Translations under genes and position numbers: made by a program
Notes under the pieces: generated by a model
Told to the model about the DNA's origin: nothing
What the model saw: only the letters and a program-made list of their open reading frames with translations
Databases searched by the model: none
In this document: piece by piece, positions 51,019-63,333 of the stretch
Layout of the letters: every line of letters starts with the position of its first letter
Position numbering within the stretch: the first letter of the stretch is position 1
Assembly (NCBI GenBank): GCA_043228905.1
Contig: JBHGNT010000008.1
Location: forward strand, 10,106,001-10,170,000
From: Azolla caroliniana
Taxonomy: Eukaryota > Plantae > Polypodiophyta
Direction of reading: 5' to 3'
DNA length: 64,000 nucleotides

Positions 51019-51700
51019 ATATGTGTATATGTATATATGTAAGTATTGTGGTTTGTATGGTCCAGTATAATCTATATATATGGTGATATGTGGAATATGT
51101 ATTTACATATGTAATATATCCATGTATGTATCTATATATGTATATATGTAATTTATCTATGTGTAAATTTGTATATTGTGTAATAGTTATGGATTATATT
51201 CTATGTAATACCTAATTTATTTATGTGTGTGTGCACGTGTATATTTATGTAAAATATACAACTTGTTTGTAAGTATGAAGATTTGTATACATATAATATG
51301 TAATCTTTGGTATTAATATGTATGTGTATGTGTATATATATAATATACAATTTATGTTTTTGTGTTTTGTATGTATATATGCATTTGTGTATGTATATAT
51401 GTAATATGTAATTTTTATGTATGTATGTATTATGTATATATGTATGTCAATATATAAGGCCGATTCTAATATGTATGTAGTATGTAATGCATGTATGTAT
51501 GTGTATGTACATATTTACATATGATAATATATATTTGTACATATATTTATGTTTAGTCAGTATGCATGTATAAATGGGTGTAATGTATGTATATACATAT
51601 TCATGGATGTAATGTTTGAATGTAGGTATATATGCATGCATGCATGTATATGTATGTATGTATGTACGTATATATGCTACTCCAAATTTGAGTATTGTTT
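50000..51700. repeat. Cryptic (TA/TG/TATG)n low-complexity tract
   Basis: Almost entirely ATGT/ATAT/GTGT words, with local duplications. Confidence 0.9.
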
Positions 51701-51822
51701 GTAAAATATATTCTTTACTATCTCATTGAAATATCTAATATTTCATGGGGTTATGTAATTTTTTTTTCCAGCATAATTGATAATACCCTTATGTAAATAT
51801 ATTTTCAAATCTTTATTAATAC

Positions 51823-51856
<34 letters not shown>

Positions 51857-51957
51857 ATATATATATATTCTGTATCTCATTGATTAATTAAAACCCCTTT
51901 TGATGAACTCACGTGCTAACATACAAGTTTTGATAGTGAAGCCCCCGGGCTATTGTT

Positions 51958-54900
51958 GCTGAAGTGGGAGGCAATGTTGATGTGCTCCTTGTGACGGAAA
52001 AGTCAATCAAGCTGAATAATGAGTGGATTATGGATACTGGTTGTTCTTATCATATGTGTTCCAATTAGGACTGGTTTTAATCATACGAGTCTATTGATGG
52101 AGGAGTAGTTTTGATAGGGAATAATGCTCCATGCAAGACTATTGGAATAGGAACAATACGGATCCGGATGGCTGATGGGATTGTCAGAACATTGACTGAT
52201 GTGAGGCATGTTCTTGATCTGAAGAAGAATCTCATCTCATTGGGCACCCTTGACGCCAACGGGTGCAAGTTCTCAGCTGAAGGTGGAGTATTAAAAGTTA
52301 GCAAAGGTGCGTTGGTTGTGATGAAGGCTAGAAAAGTAGGAAGCCTGTACGTATTACATGGCTCGACAGTGATGGCTTCTGTAGCAGTTTCTTCATCGTC
52401 TATGTCAGATTCTAATGTTACGAAGTTATGGCACATGAGGCTCGGGCATATGAGCGAAAAAGGTTTAACCTTATTGAGCAAACGAGGACTACTTTGTGGC
52501 CAAAGTATGGGAAAGATAGATTTTTGTGAGCACTGTGTATTTGGAAAGCAGAAGAGACTCAACTTTGGCATTGGAATCCATAAGACTAGAGGTTCTTTGG
52601 ATTATATTCACTCTTATTTGTGGGGACCAACACCAATTCCATCAAAAGGAGGAGCTCAATATCTTTTGACTTTTATTGATGATTTTTCAAGAAAAGTTTG
52701 GGTCTATTTTCTTAAACACAAAAGTTATGTGTTTGATACTTTTAAGAAGTGGAAAATTCTGATCGAGAAGCAAACGGGAAAGCTGAATAGAAGACTTCAA
52801 ACTGATAATGGTTTGGAATTTTGCGGAGGAGATTTTAACAGGTTTTGCGAGGCTGAAGGAATTTCCAGACATCGCACAGTAGTTAAAACACCGCAGCAAA
52901 ATGGCGTAGCTGAGCGCATGAACAGAACTCTTTTGGAAAGGGCTCGTTGTATGCTTTCCAATGTTGGGTTGTCCAAACACTTTTGGGCTGAAGTAGTTTC
53001 CACGACATGTTTCCTAGTGAATTGTTCACCGTCAACGACAATTGAGTTTAAAACTCCTGAAGAGGTATGGTCTGGTAAACCTGCTAATTATTCAAATTTG
53101 AGAATATTTGGATGTCCTGCTTATATGCATGTTGGTGAAGGAAAATTGGAGCCTCGAGCTAGAAAATGTATTTTTCATGGTTATGCTTCTGGGGTGAAAG
53201 GATATAGGTTGTGGTGTCCTAATCCTAAGTCACCTAAATTCGTAATTAGTAGAGATGTTACTTTTGATGAATCTGCTCTACTAAATCCTTGAAAGGAGCC
53301 TGTGTTTTCTTCTGATACATATAAGACAGGAAGTACATCAAAGCAGGTGGAGATTGAAGTTCCAAGTTCATCAGTGATGGCTGAAACACCTGCTCCTGAA
53401 TCTATAGAAGAGGAGCCTGATGTCGTAGAAGAAGCACCTCCTGAGGAAGAACGAAGTATTGCAAGAGATAGACCAAGAAGAGAAATTAGACCACCACACA
53501 GATATGTTGATATTGTTGCATATGCTTTATCAGTTGGAGAAGAAACAAATTTTATTGGCGAGCCAACTTCTTACTCTGAAGCCGTTTCTTCTGTTGATTC
53601 CACCAAGTGGTTGTTTTCTATGCAAGAAGAAATTGAGTCTCTTTATAAAAACAAAACTTGGGTACTTGTGAAGCCACCAGCTAGAAAAAGGATTGTTGGT
53701 TATAAATGGATCTTCAAAATAAAGGTAGGAATTCCTAGAGTAGAGAAAGCAAGGTACAAGGCACGGTTAGTAGCTAAAGGCTACAGTTAGGTACCAGGTG
53801 TTGATTTTAATGATATTTTCTCACCTGTTGTGAAACATAGTTCTATTTGTGTCTTGCTTGCATTAGTTGCTATGCATGATTTGGAGTTAGAACAACTTGA
53901 TGTAAAAACCGCATTTTTGCATGGTGAACTTCAAGAAGACATTTACATGCAACAACCAGAAGGGTTTGTTGTTGAAGGAAAAGAAGATCATGTTTGCCTA
54001 TTGAAGAAATTGTTATACGGTTTAAAACATTCTTCGAGATAGTGGTACAAGTGATTTGATTCCTTTATGGTTGGCAGTGGATACTCAAGAAGCAGTTATG
54101 ACAATTGTGTCTATTTCAGGAAGACTCATGATGGTTCATTTATCTATCTGCTTCTTTATGTTGATGACATGTTGATTGCAGCTAAAAATATGTCGGATAT
54201 TGAAGAATTAAAGAAGCAGTTGAACAGAGTGTTCGAGATGAAGGATCTTGGTGCAGCAAAAAGGATCCTTGGCATGAAAATCGAAAGAGATCGTATTGGT
54301 GGAAAGTTGTATTTAACTCAAAAGAGTTATATTGAGAAAGTGTTGGAGAGGTTTGGTATGAAAAATGCTAAACCAGTATCGACTCCGTTTGCAACGCATT
54401 TCAAGTTATCAGCTTCTTTATCACCAAAGTCAGATAATGAAAAGAGATGCATGGCAAGAGTTCCCTACTCCAGTGCAGTTGGTAGCATGATGTATGCTAT
54501 GGTTTGTACGCGTCCAGATATTCCACATGCTGTGAGTGTGGTCAGCAAATACATGGCTTGTCCTGGAAAATCACACTGGAATGTAGTGAAATGGATTCTA
54601 AGATATTTGCGTGGGACTTCAAACGCTTATCTGGAGTTTGGCAAGAGTAGTAGTTCTCTAGTTGGCTATGTTGACTGTGACTATGCTGGTGATCTTGATA
54701 AAAGAAGATCACTAATAGGGTATGTATTCACTCTGGGTGGAAGTGCAATTAGCTGGAAAGCTTCGTTGCAGCCCGTGGTTGCGTTATCAACGACAGAGGC
54801 AGAGTACATTGCAGTGACAGAGGTGAATTAAAGAAGGGATATGGTTAAGAGGCTTACTTGGGGAGCTCAGGTCTTGGTCAGACAAGATCGACATTTTATG

Positions 54901-55123
54901 TGATAGTCAAAGTGCCATTCATTTGACTAAAGATCAGATGTTCCATGAAAGAACTAAGCACATCGATATCAAGTATCACTTTGTTCATGATGTTATTTCG
55001 TGGGGTGATATCTTAGTGAAAAAGATTTCAAGTTATGAAAATCCCGTAGATATGTTGACGAAGCCTCTTCCAAGAATCAAGTTCAAGCATTGCTTGAATT
55101 TGATTGGTGTTGCCAATAATTGA
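51958..55123 (+). pseudogene. pol: Copia C pol (PR-IN-RT-RH)
   Basis: [69 protein letters not shown]; a few stops and a frameshift. Confidence 0.95.
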
Positions 55124-56565
55124 GTTATCTGGCAAAGGTGGACTGAGACTACTATAAAATTCAAGTCAAGGTGGAGATTTGTTAAATGACTTGAATTAAT
55201 TTTTGTGGTTTATGAAAAGTCACGTCTCTCATCTACATGACGTATATATAAAGGCCCATGCATGCATCATTATCATGCAAAAGTTAGTGAAGTGAGGGCT
55301 ATATATATAAAGGTACCCTTAGTCATTTAAAAAGTATGACCACCAAGAGTTGTAGGCTTGTGAGATTTGAGCAAATTAGAGAGTTGGGAAACTCCATTTT
55401 AGAGAATTCTTGTGAGAGAATTGTGAGGTTATTCTCTTGGGTGTTGGGTTTAATTAGAGAATAATTTCGTGGGTGTTACATTTTCTTATAGTGCAATCAC
55501 TCTCCTTTCCGTGGACGTAGGCTAAGTTAGCCGAACCACGTAAATACTCGTGCCATTTATTTCTCCGCTCCTATATTATCATATTATTGTTTTGTATTTA
55601 ATCTAATGTACTATTTGATCCAGAGTGTCATCCTAACACCTGCCATACTAACAATTTGGAGGAGAGAAAATCTAAAACAAGGGTACAACAAAGCATGTAT
55701 CTTTAGTGTGCAATTTTGTCAAGAGAAGGGAACAATTTAGTATTTGAAATGTGCAAGAGGTTGGATATTTGGAAATACAAGATCAAGATGACATTACTCG
55801 TAGATATAGTTTATGTTTGGACTAAACTTCCATGGACAAGACTAGTCACAATGATAACGAACCTAAAGACGTGATGATGCCTCACATAGGTTGATCACTT
55901 GAAAGTTGGATATGATTATGTCAAAATTACGCTGAAAAGTTAGAGGACTAAATGTATCCAAATTATTTAGTTCACGACATTAGGCCCATGATGATCTAAG
56001 GGTAGGTAGAGCAAAAAGATGGTTGGAAGTTTTGATTTCTAACATACAGTAAAAGTTTGATGTCAATGCATGCTCTCAACAAATTCACTATGTATACTAA
56101 GCTTTTCAACCGGAGCTCTTTGGCTTTCATTTAATGCTCAGTTTTTGAATTGGATATGATCAAAGATTCAGAAACAAATCTATCACATACATACATTCCA
56201 TTCCATTCCTACTAGGAAAGAATTTGTGCAAATTAAACTAGCATCCGATAGATGAAGACGGTAAAAAATTTCCTGGAAACTGTCACTCGCGGCCGTATGC
56301 ATAGCATAAGATTTGAGCGATTCAGGAATTCAAAGAAACTGATTGAATGATTTACTCTGACATATACATGTATATATATTATAGGAATTCATTGTTTAGT
56401 TCAGCATTGTTTGGGAAGGTAACTGAAAAGCATGATCCTTCCTTCTTTCAACACGTAGTATCAGTTTGGATGTTGATGATCATGGTACTAAAATAGAAGA
56501 GAAGTGTAATTGCAGTACGTAATATAATGGTGGTGCCTGCAGATTATTTCAATTGCTGGATCCAT

Positions 56566-57908
56566 TTATTCGCCTCCTGATGACATGCTTGCTCCTCCGT
56601 CTCCATAGCCGGTCGATGACTGCGAGATCAACGCGAGCATTGCTCCTGATCCACCTCCTCCTGCATCGAAATTACCCATCATCACATCCAGGCCTCCACC
56701 TGATCCTATTGACGAATCCACATTAGCATTTGTATTAGCACTATATCCGGTTCCCCCGCCATACGCATAATTTCTGCTACCGCTACCACTTCCACCCACA
56801 CCAGTAGTATTGTTGTAATTATACCCAGGTGTCGATGAGGTGGGGTTCTGTATGCCACAAACAGCTGAGATCGTCTTCTTTTTCGTTGGAGATGTCTCAT
56901 GATGATGACGATGATGATGAAGATCTGAAGAAGAAGAAGAAGAAGAAGAAGAAGAATTATACTGTGGCACAGCAGAGGAGGCATGCTGCTGACTGTGACG
57001 ATTACTACCTCCATCATTAGCGGAGGTCGCCCCAGCAGCAGCAGCAGCATCTCCTTTGGCTTTGAAATCCAAGAAATCTGGGGCGCGATCCTTAGCTGTA
57101 GGTGCAGGTGCTTTCTGATGATGACCTGCAACTCCCCCCCTAACCTCTACTCCGCCGCCTGCAGGTGTGGAGTCCATAGATGAGAGGAACTGCCAAGAGT
57201 CTCGAGAATTCATCTGCCCCTTCTTCTTAGTCTTCCTCCCAGTCTCCTTCTCCGCCTCATAATCAGGAACTGTGGACGGAGTAGTTGAAGTGGGGGCAGA
57301 GTTTATGGGTGCGGTTGAGGGATTCGCAGATTCAGGGAGGACGTGGTTGAGAGAGATCTTAAGGAGGCCCTGTGTTCGTCCAGAAGGTCGGGACAACTGG
57401 CACACCATGTAATGGAGCTGCTGCTTATCACGGCCGCCTGCGCTGGCGGTGTGAGGATGTAATTGGAAGGCATGGGTCAAGTTGATCTTGGTACTGCCTA
57501 GCAGGGTATCGGAATTCCAGACCTCCACAGTTAAAAGCGGGCCTGCTCCTGCTCCTGCTCCTGCTCCGCGTGGCGATGGACATAGAGATGATGCAGATGA
57601 AGATGGGTGATTGTAGAGAAGATGATGATTGGGGGGGAGAGGCAGACGGAGGCAGCAACCCCAGAGGGGTGAGGGGCCGCCATTGTGGGCCACATTGCTG
57701 CGCAGTTTGTTGTGAGGTGCATCGAGCAGCCAGACGACGCAGTAAGGACTCATGCAGCTCCCGAACATTCTGGACACATCCTTCAATTCCTTGGCAGATA
57801 TGAGGGTCACCTCTATGTACCCTCCTCTCTTCTTATCTCCTCCTCCTCTTCCATGCCCATTCCAAGATCCTGCTTCTTCATGCTTATCACGATCGTCTCC
57901 TCCGCCGC
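56566..57908 (-). CDS. SRC2-like C2-domain protein with low-complexity C-terminus; start unresolved
   Basis: YIEVTLISAKELKDV..FG..MSPYCVVW...NGGPSPLW...LTVEVW..DTLLG...LSRPSGRTQGLLKIS; Gly/Ser/His-rich tail; no in-frame ATG before the C2 domain. Confidence 0.8.
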
Positions 57909-59834
57909 CTGCACAGACTCACATTTCTTCTAAACCAAAAATGAATTTGGGAAAGGAGTTGGGGGGAGAGAGGGGAGCGGAGAGGACGGCCAGGAATTGT
58001 AAAGAATGAAGGAACTGTTACGGCTCGTCTACTTACTCCATGATTTATCAGCCATATGTGTCGAATCTCTGAATCTGTGATCTACCGTCCTCCTCCTCCT
58101 CCTCCTCCTCCTCCTCCTCTGCAACACCGCCTGGCTTCTGCTAACTCACGACGCTTCATGTCTCTCTGTGTCTGTGTCTGTCTTCGTCTTCTTTGTGGAC
58201 GACATCGTTTAAGGAATGAATGCGGGGTGCGAATAGCAGCCCGCACACAACCCAACCAAACCAACCGACGTTCCTTCCTTCCAAATTCCAATTATAATCT
58301 GGTGCCGTTCCTTCTATTTCTCCCAAATGAGATAATATTATGCACCATTTCCATACATACATACATACATACATGCATGCATTTCCAATCGTTGGGCAAT
58401 GTTGTTTTGAGCTCAAGCTTCCATGTTTAATATTTGCTGACGCAGTATACAATAAATACATTTCTTCTATATGGAGTTCCCCAATCACCTTCTCTTATTT
58501 TTAGATGAATGATCATAAAGAAATGGAGATTCGAGATATTGTAGACTTCGAATTCATCCATTGGGTGTTTGTACTTCATCGATGGGGAGATCAATAATGC
58601 TCCCTAGGTGATTGATTACACATGGGAAGCCGTTCACAATTGGACTATTAATGCACACCATAATAAGACTATTTATTGGGTTTTCGTACCCATTATCCCA
58701 ATACTCCGACCGAGATTAAGCGTACACCTTATCCCAATACTCCTAGTTTAAGTACCTTAGCTACAAGTTTGTATTGTTGTCATAATAGGGCGGTGTTGGT
58801 TGGTGTCACTGTTCACAACTACATAGATGAATATTATTTATATACGATCATATCATCTGGTGATTGGTCTCTCTTGGTCAATTATACCCCTTAGAAATGG
58901 TAATGGTGGTTGTATCTAGAATACTATTAAATTATCCCACATTTATGGCAAAGTGCCTCCGTTGACCCTTAAATTCATAGAGTAGAGTTTGCATAGAGAA
59001 TGCATGGAATAGTAGAATACTCTTATGCCTATGATCTCTTAGGTTGTGCTCAAGTGGCACATGTTATACTATTGGCTTGCATTCTCCAAGATATATGAAT
59101 TTGTGAACTGCTTCACTTGCCTCCATTATAGGTCAAGAACCATTTTCAAAGTGTTTTTGTGTACCATTAATCATCGACTTTCGGTTTGGAATGCTTTCAA
59201 CAATAAGTGTCAATTTTAGCCATGTTAAGAAAATGAGAAAATGACTTTCCACAACCGAAGCTTGAAAACAATAGCGATGTTCACATCTAAGAGAATATGC
59301 TAGATAGTCATTTGAGATGTAGTGAAGATGTGATAAATCTAAGCTACATGAAGATACAAGCCATCCTTGACATTTGGGCCAGCACTACCATAACTTTCAC
59401 AATTGAGAATCATATTCCCATATTATAAATTAGGCTTCATTCCAATTGAAGGTTGCATTCCGATGGGAGGAGGGCAGCGAAGCGTTGGTGCAGTCTCACG
59501 TATATTCAAGTGTTATTATTCATATGTTTTTAAGGGACAGGGTGCCCCCTCAATTTTATGATCATATGAAGTCCCAAGCTATCACCAATTTTATTGAGGG
59601 AGAGAGAGAGGGGGGGGGGTAAACGGAGAAGGAGATTGAGAGAGAGAGAGAGAGAGAGAAAACGCAGAAACAGTGTAAAATGAGAAAGAGAGAACGAGAG
59701 AGAGAGAGAGAGAGAGAACAGGGGAAACGGGAAACGAGAGGAAAAACGCAGAAAGTAAACGCGACAACGCAGACGTCATCTTTCTTCTTAAGAACTCTGT
59801 TCCATCATCATATGTACATATATATCTTTTATCG

Positions 59835-59869
<35 letters not shown>

Positions 59870-59949
59870 CGTACGATACGTGACGTCCATCTGCATCGCC
59901 ACCCTCCTCCATTCTTCTTCTTGTTCTCTCGTCTGGTCTGCTTCTGGTC

Positions 59950-61143
59950 ATGGCCATTTCGCTGCAGAAACGTAGTGATGATGGATCCCTATCTCATCCT
60001 AGAGGCTCGACCTCCGTCAGGCTCCGAGGCTTGGAGCTTATCCACCCACCCTTGGGTCAAGGTGGCTTCGGCGTGGTCTGGAAGGCCAGATCCATCGCGT
60101 TTGGCTGCTTCTTGGCCATCAAGATCCTTCTCTGGATGGATGGTTCACAACAGCAGCAGGAACAAGCTGTTGCAGAAGCTCGGATATGGAAGTTCCTGTC
60201 GGATGAGGCTTACTTAACAGGCACGGACGTGCCCCTGCTCAAGATGTACGGCGCTTGCTCCACAGAGGATGGGCGGCACTTCTGCATCCTCATGGAGCTC
60301 TGCTCTGGAGGAACCTTAGGGGATGCCATGAAGTCATCGCCATCTACTACTACTACTACTACTACTACTTCGTTGTCGGAGGAGAAGGAAGAGGAGGAGG
60401 AGGAGGAGGAGGAGGAGAAGGCAGCAGCGCTGGCACACAGCATGGCCCGAGCTCTGCATTTCTGCCATGTCCGGGGCGTGCTGCACCTGGACGTGAAGCC
60501 AGAGAACATCCTGTTCCCTTCGGCAGAGTGCAGAAGGACATGGAGAGGGGCACGCCTCGCTGATTTTGGGCTAGCTCAGATGGTTCCTCCGGGCAGGACA
60601 CACATCTTGACGGCTCGCTGCAAGGGGACTTGCGGTTACATGGCTCCCGAGGTCATCACGCACGGAGCTTATAGCCCTGCTGCAGACGCTTGGAGCCTTG
60701 GGGCCGTCCTCCTGCGGGCCCTCACAGGATTCCTTCCCCCACATGATCCTCATGACCCCACAGACCTCATCGCCCACTTTGAAGACTGGGGATGTAGCAG
60801 CAGTTTAGACATAGCAGCAGGTTATGGGAGGTCATGGCTGGATGAGTACATGACGGAGGGGGTGCTTCACCCCCGCATCTCCTGCAGGTGGAGGGCCATA
60901 TCTGCACCTGCCAGAGATGCAGTCAAGGGCCTTCTCTGCCCCGATCCCTCACACAGGCTTACGCTACCCCAGCTGCTCTCCCATCCATGGCTCGCACGTC
61001 AGCAGCAGCAGCAGCAGCAGCAGCAGGTGGCCATACATATCCATCGCCCTGTTCATATTGTTAACATGTCTGCTGCTGCTACCCCAGGGTCATTGAAAAT
61101 GTCTGCCTGCACGGCTGGTGCCGCATGTGCAGCAGCAAGGTGA
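59950..61143 (+). CDS. Intronless Ser/Thr protein kinase (CAMK-group-like, non-RD), 397 aa
   Basis: GQGGFGVV, LAIK, alphaC Glu, MELCSGG, HLDVKPEN, DFG, GTCGYMAPE, DAWSLG, PDPSHRLT...HPW. Confidence 0.9.
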   Translation: MAISLQKRSDDGSLSHPRGSTSVRLRGLELIHPPLGQGGFGVVWKARSIAFGCFLAIKILLWMDGSQQQQEQAVAEARIWKFLSDEAYLTGTDVPLLKMYGACSTEDGRHFCILMELCSGGTLGDAMKSSPSTTTTTTTTSLSEEKEEEEEEEEEEKAAALAHSMARALHFCHVRGVLHLDVKPENILFPSAECRRTWRGARLADFGLAQMVPPGRTHILTARCKGTCGYMAPEVITHGAYSPAADAWSLGAVLLRALTGFLPPHDPHDPTDLIAHFEDWGCSSSLDIAAGYGRSWLDEYMTEGVLHPRISCRWRAISAPARDAVKGLLCPDPSHRLTLPQLLSHPWLARQQQQQQQQQVAIHIHRPVHIVNMSAAATPGSLKMSACTAGAACAAAR

Positions 61144-63043
61144 TGGATCTTGAGGTATATCTCGTCCCCGCCTGACATTCATGGCTTTCAAATCATTAAC
61201 CTGAACTCTACAAATCATGTATGGCTGCTGTCCCAGGCAGAAAATCTGATTCTTTGGGATGGATGTCTTCTGCTTTTTTGTTCAAGAATCAGCCTCACAT
61301 CTTAAACATTCTGGTGTTTAAAAAACATAAGTCAAGTAGAATCAGATCTTACACATTCTGCTGTTTAAAAAGCATAAATCTTCCGCTTATAGCCTTGTGC
61401 ATGCACCTCTGTCTCAGTGACCGTAATCAAGTAGTACATTTCATCTGGGTTGCTCTGACCTTGAAAGTTCTGATTTGTTTGCGATGATTGATGCGTCCTG
61501 CAATGTTTCCCCCCCCTCAATTATGTGGATCTTAGGTTGTTGTCTCTTTTTAAAACATTGGAGATATCCCAGCTGCAATCCTTCACCTCCCATTATGCGA
61601 AGCTTAGATTAGATTGTAACTGTCTCCTTAAACATTGCAGTCTGCAGGATTTAACGAACGAACGTCCACGTTTTGGTTAGTGAACTATTATTGCATTGTC
61701 GGGTTTTTGTCTGAACTTAGGCATCCGTGGTGAAGTCGTGCAGAGGAGCACAATCAGGTGGATGATCTAATTACTAAAACATTTGTCTATGACTTCCATC
61801 AAATTTGCATGTAATGAATAATTCGAATGAGGATATGTCTTGCCTTCTCACCACAACAAAATATCCTCAATGATTTAATGTCCGTCTGACTCAAGTCCCT
61901 CAACATATTTTCCAATTGTATTTACGCAGACTAAGGCCTCACATGTAGAAAAACATTGAATCAACCCTATTAATCACGACTCTAGATATTAGAAGCTCAA
62001 ATAACACTTTGTTTCGTGAATATAATATATCATAGTCTAGACATGCAAAGAATCTCTTCCAAGACATTAGTATTAGCTTGACGATTGCATTATTTTCATT
62101 TAAGCCGAATTAGAAGTCACTAATGAATGGCCAACCTTATGTTGCACTCCATTGGATAACATATTTGAGTGGACAAATGCAAACGAAATTTGAAGAAGTG
62201 TCGTTTACTCGCTTATCTAGGGCTTTGTAAATCAAGTATTGAATAGTATAGTGTTGTTGTTATGTATACAAGTTATTTGCAACACTAGCATTGTTTACGT
62301 GGATTAGACATTGCCATTGTGTGGCCAACACTATTTTATGCATGAGGGACAACATATCTGAGCTCACAAACCGCAATCAAAACACTTTTAGTGTCCCAAC
62401 AGCCAAACATTATGTTATATTATGCTTTCAAAGTTTAGATAAATACGATCCTTACATTAAATGCTTATCTTCCCTTTTTGCTTGGAAAATGCAAAAAGAG
62501 AATGATTCTCCCTTTTTCAGATATACAAATTTATGTTTTTGTGGTTGTGTCCAGTCCCCTTCTTTTCCCCTTTCTACATTTAGACCCGCCATAACATGAT
62601 ATGTTTTTCCCTTGGTTATGGCACCTTTCAAACCTCCCCTTTGTCGTTAATCTCCTTTGCCTTCCCCCCTCATTAGGCCCCATGGAACATTGACCCTAAC
62701 TACTTTTTGTAGTCCCTCCTTCAAGTATATGTTTATGTTCAGTCCATTAGATGCCCACATTGCATGTCTCTAACTTCGTTCTTTGTCATGGTGCACTCTC
62801 ATTCTAGAGTTGCCCACCCTTCGTTCATTCTTCGTATTAGTTTCCTCGTTCGAGTTTGATTTTGCCCAACCTTCTCAGACCTCCTTACGCATTTATGTGC
62901 TTCCTTTGGGCTCTTCTTCCCTTGCTTCAACATTTCTTTCCTCAACGCCATCTTCCTTCTCTTGGGTCTTACATTGGCTCAAGCTCGACTCTTCCACGAT
63001 GGTCCTATCTCCATTGTCTTATTTGTTCCCATTCACCACAATT

Positions 63044-63333
63044 CAAGTTCCAAGAATTGGTGGAGTGGAAAACCAACACCCTCACTATCCTCCATCCCAT
63101 TGCTTTCAACTACCACCTCTTTAAGCATGTGGGCCTCATATTCTCCATTGCTCTCAAGAACCTTGTTAATTCCTTGCCACTGGATCCACCAAGTCCCAAG
63201 AAGTGGTGGAGTGGAAAACCAACACCCTCACTATCATCCATCCCATTGCTTTCGACTACCGCCTCTTTAAGCATCTGGGCCTCATATTCTCCATTGCTCT
63301 CAAGAACCTTGTTAATTCCTTGCCACTGGATCC
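63044..63333. repeat. Tandem duplication, 2 x 146 bp, in unidentified decayed sequence
   Basis: CAAGT.CCAAGAA.TGGTGGAGTGGAAAACC...GCCACTGGATCC at 63044 and 63190. Confidence 0.9.

Larger units (their letters stand above)
33760..51949 (-). mobile_element. 18.2-kb TIR DNA transposon, unclassified (possibly P-like), non-autonomous
   Basis: Perfect 8-bp TSD CTATTGTT (33752-33759 and 51950-51957); TIRs CCCGGGGACTCCACTA vs CCCGGGGGCTTCACTA (14/16) with CACGTG at identical offset; excision restores the copia frame GKAIV|AEVGG. Confidence 0.92.
32440..55638 (+). mobile_element. Copia C (Tork/Tnt1-like), full length, split by an 18.2-kb insertion
   Basis: LTR pair 32440-32912 and 55180-55638 (about 13 substitutions plus indels); PBS TGGTATCAC at 32916; PPT CAAGGTGGAGATT; flanks CATGT/CCTGC (degenerate TSD). 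Confidence 0.95.

Noticed and set aside
47580-51700. Many Cys/Val/Tyr/His-rich ORFs
   Set aside because: Translations of TG/TA simple repeats.
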